Below, in pieces: positions 41,277 to 52,697 of a DNA stretch of 64,000 nt (its first letter is position 1; each line of letters starts with the position of its first letter). Position numbers and translations under genes: made by a program. A model generated the notes under the pieces. The model saw only the letters and a program-made list of their open reading frames with translations, did no database searches and was not told the DNA's origin. The DNA comes from Opitutales bacterium (GTDB lineage Bacteria; Verrucomicrobiota; Verrucomicrobiia; Opitutales; PNEW01): NCBI GenBank assembly GCA_965197745.1, contig CBDANS010000007.1, positions 480,001-544,000 of the forward strand, read 5' to 3'.

Positions 41277-42281
41277 TTACAGTGAGCTTTTTACTTCGTC
41301 CGGGAAAAAAGAATCTACAATAAACTGTTGTATTAATCGGGTAAGTTCAGTCAGGGGAGGAGATATATCAGGACCTCCCCGATATATACGATGACCTGCT
41401 TTTTCCACGACAAGGAGGTCAACCCTGGCTTCGATTTTGTCTGCCGCATCTTTAAACCACTTAGAATTATTTTGCAGCCTTTTATCTTTAGTCCCTGTTA
41501 AGAGGAAGGTGGGCGGTGACATTTTATTGAGATAATTAATCGGACTTGCCTCTTTATAGGGTTCGGGCACAGCGTCATATTTTCCTCCAAAAAGGTGTTC
41601 CATGGTATTTTTTATTTTTTGCGAAATAATTTCTCCGGCTTCATGTGACTCTCTCGCTTGTCGCAAAAAATCGGTAGGAGGAGATAAGCCTATGATGCAC
41701 GAAATTTTATAGGAAATACCGGAAGAAGATTGGGAATTTGGAAACGCATCTTCTTTTGTTAAGCCTGACATCAGGGCTAAATGCGCACCTGAAGAATGGC
41801 CGATGAGTCCAATATTTTGCGCATCGATTCCGAGATCACGGGCCTGTGTTCCCAACCAGTGCAGTGCGTCTTTGCAGTCTGAAATAATATCGGGCATTGA
41901 GGTGTTCTCGCCTGCGTTGCGAAAATCTATCGAAACAACATTCATTTTATGCGTTTCAATAAGAGGGAATAAGGTATCGTGGAAAAAATCGATGCGATTG
42001 ATATCGTTTTTACTCCCTCGTGTGTAGCCGCCGCCGTGGAAAAATACCATGGTTGGAAGAAGGGGAATGTCAGGTCCTTTATTTGGAGAGTATATATCGA
42101 GGGCCAGGTTTTCTCCGTTAATCTTTTTATAAATGTGTTCCTGCGGGATGATTTCATGATCAGCTATTTCCGTCTCTGACTGCCCAAGGCTTAGATTCAT
42201 AGGCCACAGAAATATTAGGGTGAATTGACACACCAATAATCGCGCAGTGAAACGCCTCTTATTAAAGTAATTTACATCCAT
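41277..42281 (-). CDS. Secreted alpha/beta hydrolase (carboxylesterase, HSL/BD-FAE-like)
   Basis: FFHGGG, GHSSGAHLA, ASPINY, TGTKD, AGH. Confidence 0.88.
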   Translation of the reverse strand: MDVNYFNKRRFTARLLVCQFTLIFLWPMNLSLGQSETEIADHEIIPQEHIYKKINGENLALDIYSPNKGPDIPLLPTMVFFHGGGYTRGSKNDINRIDFFHDTLFPLIETHKMNVVSIDFRNAGENTSMPDIISDCKDALHWLGTQARDLGIDAQNIGLIGHSSGAHLALMSGLTKEDAFPNSQSSSGISYKISCIIGLSPPTDFLRQARESHEAGEIISQKIKNTMEHLFGGKYDAVPEPYKEASPINYLNKMSPPTFLLTGTKDKRLQNNSKWFKDAADKIEARVDLLVVEKAGHRIYRGGPDISPPLTELTRLIQQFIVDSFFPDEVKSSL

Positions 42282-42336
42282 AATATTGAAATTCCTAAAC
42301 TCTTCCGAAAATGCTGGTGGTTGAAAAAATCGACCA

Positions 42337-43413
42337 CTAAGGCGATTTTACAAATTTATCGCGCGACTCCGTGATCTGGTTATATACATAATCAGAGTAA
42401 GAGAGGGATACGCGTTGCATTATATCATTCAAACGGTCATTAGGATCAGAAATTTCAAAGAATATAAACACAGGACCGGGTTCTGTCATTTCAGGCTCCG
42501 CTTCTTCCCCTGTCTCTGATTCAAAGTCAGTTTCAGTATCATTTGATTCAATCGTTTCGCTTTCAACCTCATTCAGTTTTTCGGATGGGCGTCGACCGAT
42601 GTGCAGCGTATATTTTGTTCCGTTAAAAAGTTCGAATGAAACGATACGCGTATTTTCTCTCGCGGCGATCGTTTCGGGATCGTCGCGTTCATATATTTTA
42701 TTATAGCGGGAATTCGATAAGGTGCTGATAAAACGTGTAATCTCGCTATCATCTAATGACTCATTTTCTAATAGGTCAGCAGAGGAAAATTCACCTTCTG
42801 CCGTATCACGCTTTAGGGTAAGAGGGGAATCGCGGCCAGGATATTCGAGAGAGAGAGAAGCAACATCTTTCGATTGAAAGGGCAGCATCTTTTTCTCGGG
42901 CCAATTATCCACATTGCTGTCAAAGTAAGATGAAAGGTTAGCGAGGTAGGCTTCATCTTCATCATTCATTCGCACAAAGATACCGCCTGATTGACCCCTT
43001 TTCCCTGTTATCACAGTCCAAACCGTTTCTGCGTTCGCTTTCAGCACAATTTGGTGATTGTTAAATTCGAGCTTGTCCATCCGCTCTTTCTTACGCGTAA
43101 CGAGGCGAAGAATGTCCGCTTCCAGGAGACTGTTTATGAAATTATCCAACTTGGAGAATTCAACGGGAAGGGAGTAAAAGTCAGGTAAAATCCAGATTCC
43201 CTTTTCGTCTTTCTGAAGAGTAACTGTTTTGTCGTCACTGATATTTCTGAGGATTATTTCAGTGATGTTTGTCAAGAGCTCAGCTTTAATAAGGTTTTCT
43301 CCCACTTTACTCTCATCATCTATTTTATGGTTATCACGCCGATTAAGCCAATAGCCAGCAGCGGTTATAACCGCGAGGATAAGGAATGAGATAATGAGAG
43401 GTTTGAGTTTCAT
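42337..43413 (-). CDS. DUF4340-like membrane-anchored accessory protein of Gld-like ABC system
   Basis: Start MKLKPLIISFLILAVITAAGYWL at 43413; last gene of ABC operon. Confidence 0.7.
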   Translation of the reverse strand: MKLKPLIISFLILAVITAAGYWLNRRDNHKIDDESKVGENLIKAELLTNITEIILRNISDDKTVTLQKDEKGIWILPDFYSLPVEFSKLDNFINSLLEADILRLVTRKKERMDKLEFNNHQIVLKANAETVWTVITGKRGQSGGIFVRMNDEDEAYLANLSSYFDSNVDNWPEKKMLPFQSKDVASLSLEYPGRDSPLTLKRDTAEGEFSSADLLENESLDDSEITRFISTLSNSRYNKIYERDDPETIAARENTRIVSFELFNGTKYTLHIGRRPSEKLNEVESETIESNDTETDFESETGEEAEPEMTEPGPVFIFFEISDPNDRLNDIMQRVSLSYSDYVYNQITESRDKFVKSP

Positions 43414-43417
43414 ATCC

Positions 43418-45331
43418 CTATGCTTTTCTTTGACGATTGCTGCGTCTCCTGAAAAAATATAAACTGAAAATGCCGACGATAATGGGGACGGTGATAAGGT
43501 TAAATATGGCAAGCGTGTGATTGAGCTGCTCAATGTCCTCACGCAAGCGCTTACGGATTTCACGCAGTCGACCCCGCGTTTCAGCTTCCTGGGCACGGTA
43601 ATTTTCTATAGCCTTACTCACTTCAGGACTCGCGACTAATTTCTGTTGGTCTTTTTGCTGGTCGAGGAGACCGTTTAATTTGCTCTGCACTTCGCTCAGT
43701 TCATTTTGCAATTCATCGTATTGCATTTGATATTTTTCTTGAGCCTGGATCTCAAGTTCACGCACTACTGTAAATTGGCGCACGGTGGTTCCTTTACCGC
43801 GAAGGGAAATTAAGTCTTCGCTGCCGGAAAGAAACTCAAGCATATTGCTTACAAAATTTAAGTTGTCATTAAGCGGGCGGATAGATTGAAATCCGAGAAA
43901 GTTAAAACGTTCGACACTGTATTGGTCAGCCATGAAGTCGGTATCTGCAATAAGGACCAAGGTGCTTGTCGTTTCGCTTTCTTTTAAGCCCGGCTCGGAA
44001 AGGCCTTCATCATCGCTCGGTTCCGTACTCGTAATCGTCTCATCCTCTGAATCCTCACCTTTTTCATCTTTGGGTTTGCCATCGGGAAAGGCGGTATTGA
44101 ATTTGCCCCTGACGACAGCAGAGAGTATCTTTTCTTCAAACTTAGGTTTGATCTGGCGAAGTAACGCGTCTGGAGGAGTAAAATTAAGGAGACTGGAACT
44201 TAAGGAATCACTCTGTTCCGAACTATTGATAAGGGGAATAAGTTCGAGTTCACTTTCTTCTTTCAATTTAAAACTGCCTGCTTCGACAAGCAGTATGTTA
44301 TGGAGTTGAGCGGTAGCGGGAGCGTCAGTATTTAATTTATTAATCGATAACCAGGCAGGGTAACGTATGGGTTGGCCCAGTGTTCCCGATTGGACCATGG
44401 AAGCGTAAGTCAGATCCGCGACGAAAGTAAGGGGATCGTATTCGATACCCCAATTTTTAAAAAGCGGAGACAGGTCACTGGAAGTATTTACTCCCCCTCC
44501 CATCATCATTGCCTGTTGGCCCATTTGACTTTTTTGGATGGAAGATGAAGGATCTACGGCAACAAAAACGGGCCTTCCTGATAATAAGAACTGGTCAATG
44601 GCATAAAGCATTTTATCGGGCAACTGCTGGGGATGGATGAGAGCAAGCACATCCATGCTGTCCAGTAACGAATCCGTTTCCTTATCAATTTCCTGGATGT
44701 CGAAAAAGTTTCTTAATTCCTGAACAATGGTCCAGTCCTCGGGTAATTGCTGATTGGGCATTCTGAAACCGGGATCGGCTTTACTTATGAGGGGGAGAGA
44801 GGAGATTATACCCAGTTCAGGTAAATTATACTGTTGGACCCGATAAATTGCGCGGGAAATGTCGTATTCAAGGAATGACTCACGTTGTAGATTGAAGACA
44901 GGAATGGCTTTTTCCTCTTCTGCCTGGATGGCGACCATGCCGAAAAACAAGGTGTCTCCATTAGCGAGCGCCTGCCCTGAGATTCCTACGCGAATGGCCG
45001 CTTCTTCCTCCTTGGTATCAGGTCTTGGATCGATTATCCGCAATTCAATATTACCACCGGCAGCTTTATCATATTGAAGCAATAATTCCTCGATCCTTGT
45101 CGCGTAATTTTTAAAGAGAATGGGAATTCCTTCAGCGCTTCGGCTAAAATAAAATTCGAGGGTAACCGGTTCTTCGATTTTATCTAACAAGGCATGGGTG
45201 CCCGGAGAGAGCGTGTAAATTTTGGACGCGGTAAAATCGATTTGCCCGGGAAGAAAACTGGCAATAATATTAATTAAAACCAGCCCGGTCAGGAGAAGGA
45301 TAAGAGCAATCCATTGAGTTGAACGGTTCAT
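43418..45331 (-). CDS. GldG-like ABC transporter auxiliary component
   Basis: IDFTASKIYTLS, LEYDISRAI, YAIDQFLLSG, IADTDF, LISLRGK. Confidence 0.85.
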   Translation of the reverse strand: MNRSTQWIALILLLTGLVLINIIASFLPGQIDFTASKIYTLSPGTHALLDKIEEPVTLEFYFSRSAEGIPILFKNYATRIEELLLQYDKAAGGNIELRIIDPRPDTKEEEAAIRVGISGQALANGDTLFFGMVAIQAEEEKAIPVFNLQRESFLEYDISRAIYRVQQYNLPELGIISSLPLISKADPGFRMPNQQLPEDWTIVQELRNFFDIQEIDKETDSLLDSMDVLALIHPQQLPDKMLYAIDQFLLSGRPVFVAVDPSSSIQKSQMGQQAMMMGGGVNTSSDLSPLFKNWGIEYDPLTFVADLTYASMVQSGTLGQPIRYPAWLSINKLNTDAPATAQLHNILLVEAGSFKLKEESELELIPLINSSEQSDSLSSSLLNFTPPDALLRQIKPKFEEKILSAVVRGKFNTAFPDGKPKDEKGEDSEDETITSTEPSDDEGLSEPGLKESETTSTLVLIADTDFMADQYSVERFNFLGFQSIRPLNDNLNFVSNMLEFLSGSEDLISLRGKGTTVRQFTVVRELEIQAQEKYQMQYDELQNELSEVQSKLNGLLDQQKDQQKLVASPEVSKAIENYRAQEAETRGRLREIRKRLREDIEQLNHTLAIFNLITVPIIVGIFSLYFFRRRSNRQRKA

Positions 45332-45382
45332 AAAATAAAATGAAATCGGATATATATAGGAGGCGTAAAGATCGGTTGATTA

Positions 45383-46108
45383 TTATCGTTCCAGGACGAG
45401 CACATTCAGCAGTAGACTGAATCCGGTGAGGGAGAGATAGAAGATTATATCGGCAGTAGTGATGAGCCCTTTTGTCATGGGATCGAAGTGGGTAATAAAA
45501 CTAAAGTTGGAGAGGGCATCGACCAGCCACACGGGAATGTGTATTGATTCGAGCAAATTGTTGAAGACACTCCACCCAAGAAAAACGAGGGTAAGACATA
45601 TAATAACACTGAGGACGAAACTAATGACCTGGTTCTTCGTCAATGAAGAGGTGAGAGAACAGATACTAAGGAACGCTCCAGCCATCAGAATTGTGCCGAG
45701 GTATCCGCTGAAAATCGGACCCCAGTCAGGATCACCGAGATAGGCGACGGTCATGGGCATGGTTAAAGTCAAAAGTATGGCCAGGGTGATGAATGCCCAC
45801 CCGGCCAGGAATTTCCCTAATACCGCTTGCAAAGTTGTTACGGGAAGCGTCAACAGCAGTTCCCAGGTGCCGGATCGTTTTTCTTCTGACCATAGACGCA
45901 TGCCAACCGAAGGAATGAGAAAAAGAAAAACCCAGGGCATAAATAGAAAAAATCGGTTCAGGCTCGCATCATTAGCCGAGAAAAACTGACCCACGAACCA
46001 GGTAAGACCGACCGTCGCGATGAGAAAAACAATAAGGAAGACATAGGCTACGGGTGAACGGAAATACCCGCAGAATTCACGTTTGAAAATGTTAATGACG
46101 GATCGCAT
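45383..46108 (-). CDS. ABC-2 permease (GldF-like)
   Basis: Start MRSVIN; YFRSPVAYV, MRLWSEEKRSGTWELLLTLP, LGKFLA. Confidence 0.9.
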   Translation of the reverse strand: MRSVINIFKREFCGYFRSPVAYVFLIVFLIATVGLTWFVGQFFSANDASLNRFFLFMPWVFLFLIPSVGMRLWSEEKRSGTWELLLTLPVTTLQAVLGKFLAGWAFITLAILLTLTMPMTVAYLGDPDWGPIFSGYLGTILMAGAFLSICSLTSSLTKNQVISFVLSVIICLTLVFLGWSVFNNLLESIHIPVWLVDALSNFSFITHFDPMTKGLITTADIIFYLSLTGFSLLLNVLVLER

Positions 46109-46131
46109 GAAGTTAATGAAGGAGTATCGTT

Positions 46132-47055
46132 TTAATGGTTCTGTGTCAGATTCCAAAAGACTTCTTCCATGCTGATTGGAGCTCTCTCTATGCTCATGAG
46201 CGCCCAATCATTTTTCCGCGCTGTTTCATAAATAAGATTGTATATATCCTCTCCATTTTTCGGAATAACAATTAAGACGTCATCGTGTGTATCTACCTCT
46301 TTTACTTCAGACAATGATTGCAGCGCTTCTATTACCGAAGACGAATCCTGATTCATGAGCTTGATTTCGAGGGCATTATAGTGGGGATGCCGTTGACGCA
46401 TCTCTTCCGGTTTCTCATCGACGAGAATTTTACCATTATCGATAATGATTACCCTGTTACATACCGATTCAACTTCTTCGAGGATATGGGTTGAAAGTAT
46501 AATCGCTTTTTCCTGGGCCATGGAGGTGATCAGTGAACGCACCTGTCTTTTCTGATTGGGATCGAGCCCGTCTGTTGGCTCATCCATAATAAGGCAAGTG
46601 GGATCATGGAGGATAGCCTGGGCAAAACTTACACGTTGGCGGAATCCTTTACTTAATGTATCTATTGACTGGTTGCGCACGTCATCGAGCTGACAGATAT
46701 CAATTGACCGTTCAATTTTCTCAAATTTTTCAGAGGTTGAGAAAGCGTCGCGCATGTCCGCAATGAAACTTAAAAATTCAAGCACCGTCATTTCCTGGTA
46801 CAAGGGGCCATTTTCCGGCAAATAACCGAAAAGTTTTTTTGCGGCCAGCGGTTCTTCGTGAATATCATGATTTCCGATGCGCGCGGTCCCGGACGTGGCG
46901 GTTAGAAATCCGGTCAGCATTTTCATGGTCGTTGATTTACCTGCGCCATTGGGGCCTAAAAACCCGAGGATATCCCCTTTGTTAACTTGAAAGCTGATAT
47001 CATCTACGGCACGTATGTTTCCGTAATCTTTAATTAGGTTTTCGGCTTCGATCAT
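46132..47055 (-). CDS. ABC transporter ATP-binding protein (GldA-like)
   Basis: GPNGAGKST, LSKGFRQR, IMDEPT, STH. Confidence 0.95.
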   Translation of the reverse strand: MIEAENLIKDYGNIRAVDDISFQVNKGDILGFLGPNGAGKSTTMKMLTGFLTATSGTARIGNHDIHEEPLAAKKLFGYLPENGPLYQEMTVLEFLSFIADMRDAFSTSEKFEKIERSIDICQLDDVRNQSIDTLSKGFRQRVSFAQAILHDPTCLIMDEPTDGLDPNQKRQVRSLITSMAQEKAIILSTHILEEVESVCNRVIIIDNGKILVDEKPEEMRQRHPHYNALEIKLMNQDSSSVIEALQSLSEVKEVDTHDDVLIVIPKNGEDIYNLIYETARKNDWALMSIERAPISMEEVFWNLTQNH

Positions 47056-47239
47056 GGTCTGGGTTGCGAGTAAATTACGTATCTTTAAAAGAGTTATGAA
47101 ATAAGCTGTAAATAATGGTTCCTGAAATGAAATTATTTTTTTCTCCCTGTCCAGAGGAAAATAAGAATAGTATAACGGCGAGACTTACTGCGCTGGTAAG
47201 GGTACTGTTACCCTGAAGGCTATATTTACAGAGATAATA

Positions 47240-48622
47240 TCAATAAGTGTACTCAGGCAGCCAGGTTACAATAGAGGGAAATAACAATACCAGGATCAAC
47301 GTGACCAATTGCAGAATTATAAAAGGAACTGCGCCGCGGTAGATGTGAACCAATTCCACCCCTTTTGGGCACACACCTTTAACATAAAATAAGGCAAATC
47401 CTACAGGAGGGGTGAGAAATGAGGTCTGTAATGTTACAGCGCAGAGTATGGCAAACCAGACCAGTTGTGCATTCTCCAAGGGCGAACTGGAAATACTCCC
47501 CAGATCTAATTTAGCGATTACCGGTGAGAGGAGAGGGAGAATGATGAGCGTGATTTCAATCCAATCGAGGAAGAAGCCGAGCAGAAAAATGATAAAGAGG
47601 ATGAGCGCAATTAGGGTATAGGGAGCAAACTTAGTATTTAATAATAGACCGGAGATGAGATCGTCTCCCCCCAGGAGGCGGAGCACTAAAGAGAAGCAGG
47701 TGGCACCAATAAAAATAGCGAAGAGAAACCCCATTGTCTTCATCGTTTCTGCCAGTGCAGTGGGTAGAACATCGTTGCCGAGTCTGCGATTAAAAGCCGC
47801 GAGTAAAAGTGCCCCGAAGGCTCCCAACCCACTTGCTTCAGTGGGTGTAGCAACGCCAAAGAAGATGGATCCAAGGACGAGAATAATGAGGAGCATGGCA
47901 GGTATGATAGCGAGCGCTAATTCTCTGATCACCGATCCATTGAGCTCACTTTGGTTTTCAGGTAATGGCGCCGCGTCAGGGTTAAACAGGGCATAAACTA
48001 AAATATAGGTTCCATAAAGAGTAGCGAGAATAAGGCCTGGGATAACCGCACCCATAAATAATGCGCCGACAGAGAGCTGTATCTGATCGGCCATAATAAT
48101 GAGCATGATACTGGGGGGAATGAGAATCCCCAGGGTGCCCGCTCCGCAAACCGTTCCCACGGCCAGTTCTTTGCGATATCCCTGATTCAGCATGGCGGGA
48201 AGTGAAAGTATTCCAAGGAGGACAACGGAAGCGCCGATTATTCCCGTCGACGCCGCCAGTAAAACACCAATGAGGGTGACGCTGAGAGCGAGTCCGCCGC
48301 GTACACGCCCGAGCAGATTCTGCAATGCGTGCATAAGTTTTTCCGCGACGCCCGAGCGATCCAGCATGTGGCCCATGAAGATAAACATGGGCAATGCGAC
48401 GAGGACCCAATTATCAAGAAGCTGATAAATGCGGTTAATAATGAGTGAGAAAACTTGAAAGTCTAAACCGATAAAGGTGCCTGCAAACTGGTCGCAGATC
48501 ATGGCTATGGTGGTGAAGATCACGGCTAAGCCGCCCAAGGCATAGGCCACAGGGACACCAAGGAGGAGAAGGGTGATAAAAGCGATAAAGAGAGCGATAA
48601 TGAGAAAGGTGCTAATAGCCAT
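47240..48622 (-). CDS. dctM: TRAP transporter large permease
   Basis: LVALPMFIFMG, GTLGILIPPS, ATPTEA, SFLTPPVG. Confidence 0.92.
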   Translation of the reverse strand: MAISTFLIIALFIAFITLLLLGVPVAYALGGLAVIFTTIAMICDQFAGTFIGLDFQVFSLIINRIYQLLDNWVLVALPMFIFMGHMLDRSGVAEKLMHALQNLLGRVRGGLALSVTLIGVLLAASTGIIGASVVLLGILSLPAMLNQGYRKELAVGTVCGAGTLGILIPPSIMLIIMADQIQLSVGALFMGAVIPGLILATLYGTYILVYALFNPDAAPLPENQSELNGSVIRELALAIIPAMLLIILVLGSIFFGVATPTEASGLGAFGALLLAAFNRRLGNDVLPTALAETMKTMGFLFAIFIGATCFSLVLRLLGGDDLISGLLLNTKFAPYTLIALILFIIFLLGFFLDWIEITLIILPLLSPVIAKLDLGSISSSPLENAQLVWFAILCAVTLQTSFLTPPVGFALFYVKGVCPKGVELVHIYRGAVPFIILQLVTLILVLLFPSIVTWLPEYTY

Positions 48623-48643
48623 GGGTGCCGCAATTATTGTCCG

Positions 48644-49177
48644 TTAGTCTACCGGGGTGCTTTCGGATTCCACAGTTTCACTTCCGGTGAACAGCCGAAT
48701 AGTCCTGGCTACCGAATTTAAGAGAAGGAGCAAGGCACCGATGGGTATAAAAGCTTTAATCAACCACCGCCATGGAAGACCGCCTGGCGCAGGAGATTTT
48801 TCTCCAAGACGATACGCTTCCTGAGTAAAATCCAAACCATCCCAAAAAACAATCACCATGAGAGGAGTGAGTAGCAGCATGAGAGAAATGATTTCAATGA
48901 CGCGTTTCGCTCTGGATGAAAAATGTCGATGAATCAAATCAACGCGGACATGAGCATTTTCCTTTTGCGCGTAGGCAAGGCTGATCATTACCACTACGGC
49001 ATAGAAATGCCATTGGAGTTCAGCCAGTGCGACCCGGTCCTGGCTGAAGAGATAACGCAGGACAACATTGACGAGAATTGAAACGAGCAGCAGGACCAGT
49101 GCCCATGAAAAAAAACGACCAATGCGAAAAATTATTGATTCAACAAATTCGGCCAGCGCATCGATTTTAAGTCGCAT
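48644..49177 (-). CDS. dctQ: TRAP transporter small permease
   Basis: VVLRYLF, ELQWH, HVRVD, 4 TM helices. Confidence 0.92.
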   Translation of the reverse strand: MRLKIDALAEFVESIIFRIGRFFSWALVLLLVSILVNVVLRYLFSQDRVALAELQWHFYAVVVMISLAYAQKENAHVRVDLIHRHFSSRAKRVIEIISLMLLLTPLMVIVFWDGLDFTQEAYRLGEKSPAPGGLPWRWLIKAFIPIGALLLLLNSVARTIRLFTGSETVESESTPVD

Positions 49178-49192
49178 CTAATATATGATTCT

Positions 49193-50299
49193 CTATTGGG
49201 AACGGGGGAGATAGGCTTTTGCACCCCAGGTTGCATAGTTTTTCCGGAATGCGGAATAATCGTCCCAGACTTCTTTAAAAAAAGGGTCGGCAGCGGATTG
49301 TTCATCGACTACTTCAAGCCATTTCTCTTCATAAACTTTCATCATCTCAGTCTGCCATACAAGATTTTCCACACCATGCTTCTCTTCGTTGCGTTTCAAC
49401 ACTGCGGCCTGACTCGCTTCCCCTGTAGCGATCGAGTAAACAATAGTATCGCGGCACGCCATTTCGATAATAATCTGTTGGGTAGATGAAAGGCTGTTCC
49501 ATACGTCTTTATTGATGAGTAACTCGAAAGCGGTAGACTGTTGGTGCCAACCGGGAAAATAATTATATTTAGCCAGCTTGTGAAAACCCAGGTTTTCATC
49601 AATCGCGGGCATCGAAAACTCGGTGGCGTCTATTACCTTTTTTTCCAGGGCGGGAAATATCTCTCCTCCGGGAAGGATATTGACGGAGACCCCCAGTTTT
49701 TGCATTACCCTGCCACCGAGACCAAAGAACCGCATTTTTAATCCTCTCAGATCTTCGGTCGATTCTATTTTCTTTGAGAACCAGCCGGAAGACTCAGGGG
49801 GAATGATAGAGATGATGATCACTTTTACATTAAAGCCGGAACGGTCATACATTTCCTGGTACAATTTCATACCATTGCCTGCGATAAACCAAGCCAGGTA
49901 TTCACTGGTATCCGGTCCAAAGGGAACGGCAGAAAAGAGGGGCGCAGCCGGCATCATGCCCATCCAGAAACCCGGTGTCGCGTAACCTGATTCTATTTTC
50001 CCCGATGACACAGCGTCGAGAATTTCCATCGGTCCGACGAGTTTTCCCGGATCGAAAAGTTTGAACTTTATATTTCCAGCGCTCGCCAATCCTACACGCT
50101 CTGCGAAATAACGGACATTGTCGCCAAGGATGGTTACATTTGTGCCATAGAAGCAGGTAAGTTTCAATTGTGCGGGTCGGTCTATAGACAGGGATTCGTC
50201 AGCCGATCGGGTCTTTTTACGGGCGCAACCACACATGAGAAAAACAAGGGTAAAAGTCGTTAATAAAAGAAGGCTATAAGTTTTAAGTTTTTCATTCAT
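49193..50299 (-). CDS. dctP: TRAP substrate-binding lipoprotein (TakP-like subgroup)
   Basis: Lipobox LMCGC; SAVPFG, GWFSK, LRGLKMR, PGGEIFPALE, YFPGWHQ. Confidence 0.88.
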   Translation of the reverse strand: MNEKLKTYSLLLLTTFTLVFLMCGCARKKTRSADESLSIDRPAQLKLTCFYGTNVTILGDNVRYFAERVGLASAGNIKFKLFDPGKLVGPMEILDAVSSGKIESGYATPGFWMGMMPAAPLFSAVPFGPDTSEYLAWFIAGNGMKLYQEMYDRSGFNVKVIIISIIPPESSGWFSKKIESTEDLRGLKMRFFGLGGRVMQKLGVSVNILPGGEIFPALEKKVIDATEFSMPAIDENLGFHKLAKYNYFPGWHQQSTAFELLINKDVWNSLSSTQQIIIEMACRDTIVYSIATGEASQAAVLKRNEEKHGVENLVWQTEMMKVYEEKWLEVVDEQSAADPFFKEVWDDYSAFRKNYATWGAKAYLPRSQ

Positions 50300-50353
50300 G
50301 GTCAACAATCGGGGGTTAAAATGAAAATTGGCAAGGTGAAGCAGTCGATGAGA

Positions 50354-51448
50354 TCAATCAAAAGGGATCCCACTTTTTTTTGATATGTCCTTTAAATCTT
50401 CAACAACCGGCATGACAAGAGGGATCCCACTTTTGCGACGAATTTCTTCCTGCTCGCGTTCGGGGTCACCTGGGATGATCGGTCCTTGACTGCCCGGTGC
50501 CGGTTTGGTGGCTCGTAGAACGCGGATATAATCATCGATTTGTTTCTTGAATTCATCCAGGTCAATAAATGCTTCGATGAGCATGGCACCAAAAAAATGG
50601 CCGATACCTTTTCCCACACTGCGTTTTGGTATTTCCTGAGTTATGACAAAAGGGACGGCGAAAGGCCCCCAGTTGGCGCCACTGAGAACACTGCTCAACA
50701 CGTCTACGAGCAGAGCAAGGCAATAGCCTTTATGACCCCCATGCTCCCGATCGGACCCAAGGGGCAGCAAAGCCCCTTCATCCAGCATTTCATCCGGTTG
50801 ATCAGTCATATTACCATTTTTGTCGATTGCCCATCCCTCAGGAATAGGAAGCTTTTTACGCATCGCGATTTCAACTTTTCCGAGGGGGGCCACACAAGTG
50901 GCCATGTCGATAACAATAGGTGGTTCCTCTTTACCCGGGAATGCTATGGCCAGGGGGTTAGTTCCCAGAATGCGTTCAGCTCCCCACAAGGGGGCCACCA
51001 GTTTACTCGTATTGGTCATGGACCATCCAATCATGTCGCGTTCCAGGGCTTGGAGTGAATAATAGCCGGCGATGCCATAATGGTTTGTGTTACTTAAGGA
51101 TACCCATCCGGTGCCTGCCTCCCCGGCCTTGTCCATAGCTATAAGATTACTTTTTGGGCCGACAACGAGGCCGAGACCGTTGTCACCATCCACAGTCGCG
51201 GTACTGACCGACTCACGAATTATTTTAATATTGGGCTTTGGGTTAATCCGCCCTTCATTGAGCATCCCGAAATAAGATTGAAGTCGCGCTACACCGTGAG
51301 ATTCAATCCCGCGAATATCACTGGAAGCGAGCACTTCTGAAGCCAGAAGCGCATCTTTTTCGGGGACCCCCATATGGAGAAATACCCTGGTAGTAAATTC
51401 CATCAGATGTTCAATGGAATAGGTGATGGTCTCTACTTCACTCATCAT
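50354..51448 (-). CDS. Ldh_2 family (malate/lactate/sulfolactate-type) NAD(P) oxidoreductase
   Basis: RGIESHGVARL, VDGDNGLG, NHYGIAG, GTNPLA, DMAT, GGHKGY, PGDPE. Confidence 0.92.
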   Translation of the reverse strand: MMSEVETITYSIEHLMEFTTRVFLHMGVPEKDALLASEVLASSDIRGIESHGVARLQSYFGMLNEGRINPKPNIKIIRESVSTATVDGDNGLGLVVGPKSNLIAMDKAGEAGTGWVSLSNTNHYGIAGYYSLQALERDMIGWSMTNTSKLVAPLWGAERILGTNPLAIAFPGKEEPPIVIDMATCVAPLGKVEIAMRKKLPIPEGWAIDKNGNMTDQPDEMLDEGALLPLGSDREHGGHKGYCLALLVDVLSSVLSGANWGPFAVPFVITQEIPKRSVGKGIGHFFGAMLIEAFIDLDEFKKQIDDYIRVLRATKPAPGSQGPIIPGDPEREQEEIRRKSGIPLVMPVVEDLKDISKKSGIPFD

Positions 51449-51497
51449 AAAAAAGCCGTGGCATATTACATCATCTCGTCAGAAATTGTGATCGAGG

Positions 51498-52697
51498 TCA
51501 AAAACGTTTAGCTAGAATTTCCACGATATGCTTGCCGATATTAAGAGAAGCAGTGGCGGCGGGGGAGGGCGCATTGCATACGTTAACGATACGTTCTGTA
51601 TCTAGAATCATAAAATCATCGACCATAGCTCCCGCGGGTGTTATCGCTTGTGCGCGAACACCTGCCGGCGCGGGCTTTAAGTCTGAGCTTTTAATTTCGG
51701 GAATGAGGCGCTGCAATGCTCTGACGAAGGCGGCTTTACTAACGGAACGCCAGATTTCACCTGCGCCTACACGCCAGTATTTTAAGGAGAGCTTGATGAA
51801 TCCGAAATAGGTTAATGATTCGAATAAATCGACTGCATTAACCTGATATTTTGTGTATCCTTCGCGGGCGAAGGCGAGCACGGCATTAGGTCCACACTCC
51901 ACAGTGCCGTCAATCATTCGGGTAAAATGAACACCGAGGAAAGGAAAAGCAGGGTCAGGCACCGGGTAGATTAAGTTGCGGCAGAGATGATAGGCGCTGG
52001 GGATCAATTCATAGTATTCACCGCGAAAGGGGATTATTTTTACTTCTGGTTTTTGTCCGCTTAATTTTGTCATGCGGTCAGAGTGTAAGCCCGTGCAATT
52101 GACAACATAACGGGCATCGATTTCACCTGCCTTGGAATCCAGTATGATATGATTATTGCGGTGATGGATGGCCACTACTTTAGCGGAATATAATATTTCA
52201 TTTTCTTCTTTCTCTTTAATGCGTTGATCCAGTCGTTGGCATACTTGTTTATAATCTATGATTCCAGTATCTTTTACCTGAATGGCTCTGATCCCGGCAG
52301 CATGGGGTTCAAGTTCACGGAGCCGATCCTGGTCGATGACCTCACACTGGATCCCATTTTCCTGGCCACGCTGATAAATATTTTCCAGCGCAGGAAGTTC
52401 TTTCTCGTTTATAGCAACGATTATCTTACCGCAGATATCATACTCGATACCCTCGGTGTCACAAAAATTTTCCATCGCAATCTTTCCTTCACGGCAATTG
52501 ATGGCCTTAAGCGATCCGGGCTTGTAATAGATCCCGGAATGCAGCACCCCGGAGTTATGTCCGGTCTGATGTAGAGCAGGGCGATCTTCTTTCTCCAAAA
52601 TAATGATGCGTAACCTGGGAAAGCGTTGGGTTAATTGATATGCAGTAGCTAATCCGATAATGCCACCGCCAATAATTGCCACATCTGTATTATACAT
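51498..52697 (-). CDS. lhgO: L-2-hydroxyglutarate oxidase
   Basis: [58 protein letters not shown]. Confidence 0.92.
   Translation of the reverse strand: MYNTDVAIIGGGIIGLATAYQLTQRFPRLRIIILEKEDRPALHQTGHNSGVLHSGIYYKPGSLKAINCREGKIAMENFCDTEGIEYDICGKIIVAINEKELPALENIYQRGQENGIQCEVIDQDRLRELEPHAAGIRAIQVKDTGIIDYKQVCQRLDQRIKEKEENEILYSAKVVAIHHRNNHIILDSKAGEIDARYVVNCTGLHSDRMTKLSGQKPEVKIIPFRGEYYELIPSAYHLCRNLIYPVPDPAFPFLGVHFTRMIDGTVECGPNAVLAFAREGYTKYQVNAVDLFESLTYFGFIKLSLKYWRVGAGEIWRSVSKAAFVRALQRLIPEIKSSDLKPAPAGVRAQAITPAGAMVDDFMILDTERIVNVCNAPSPAATASLNIGKHIVEILAKRF

Noticed and set aside
43414..46207. Extended N-termini in the ORF track (43596, 46207; also 2656, 5800, 29296, 59615, 60953)
   Set aside because: Most extensions overlap neighbouring genes or repeats; downstream ATGs fit RBS, signal peptide or domain starts better.
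42337..47055. Gliding-motility system implied by Gld-like genes
   Set aside because: GldAFG-like ABC plus DUF4340 operons are widespread in non-gliding bacteria; no gldK-N or spr genes here.
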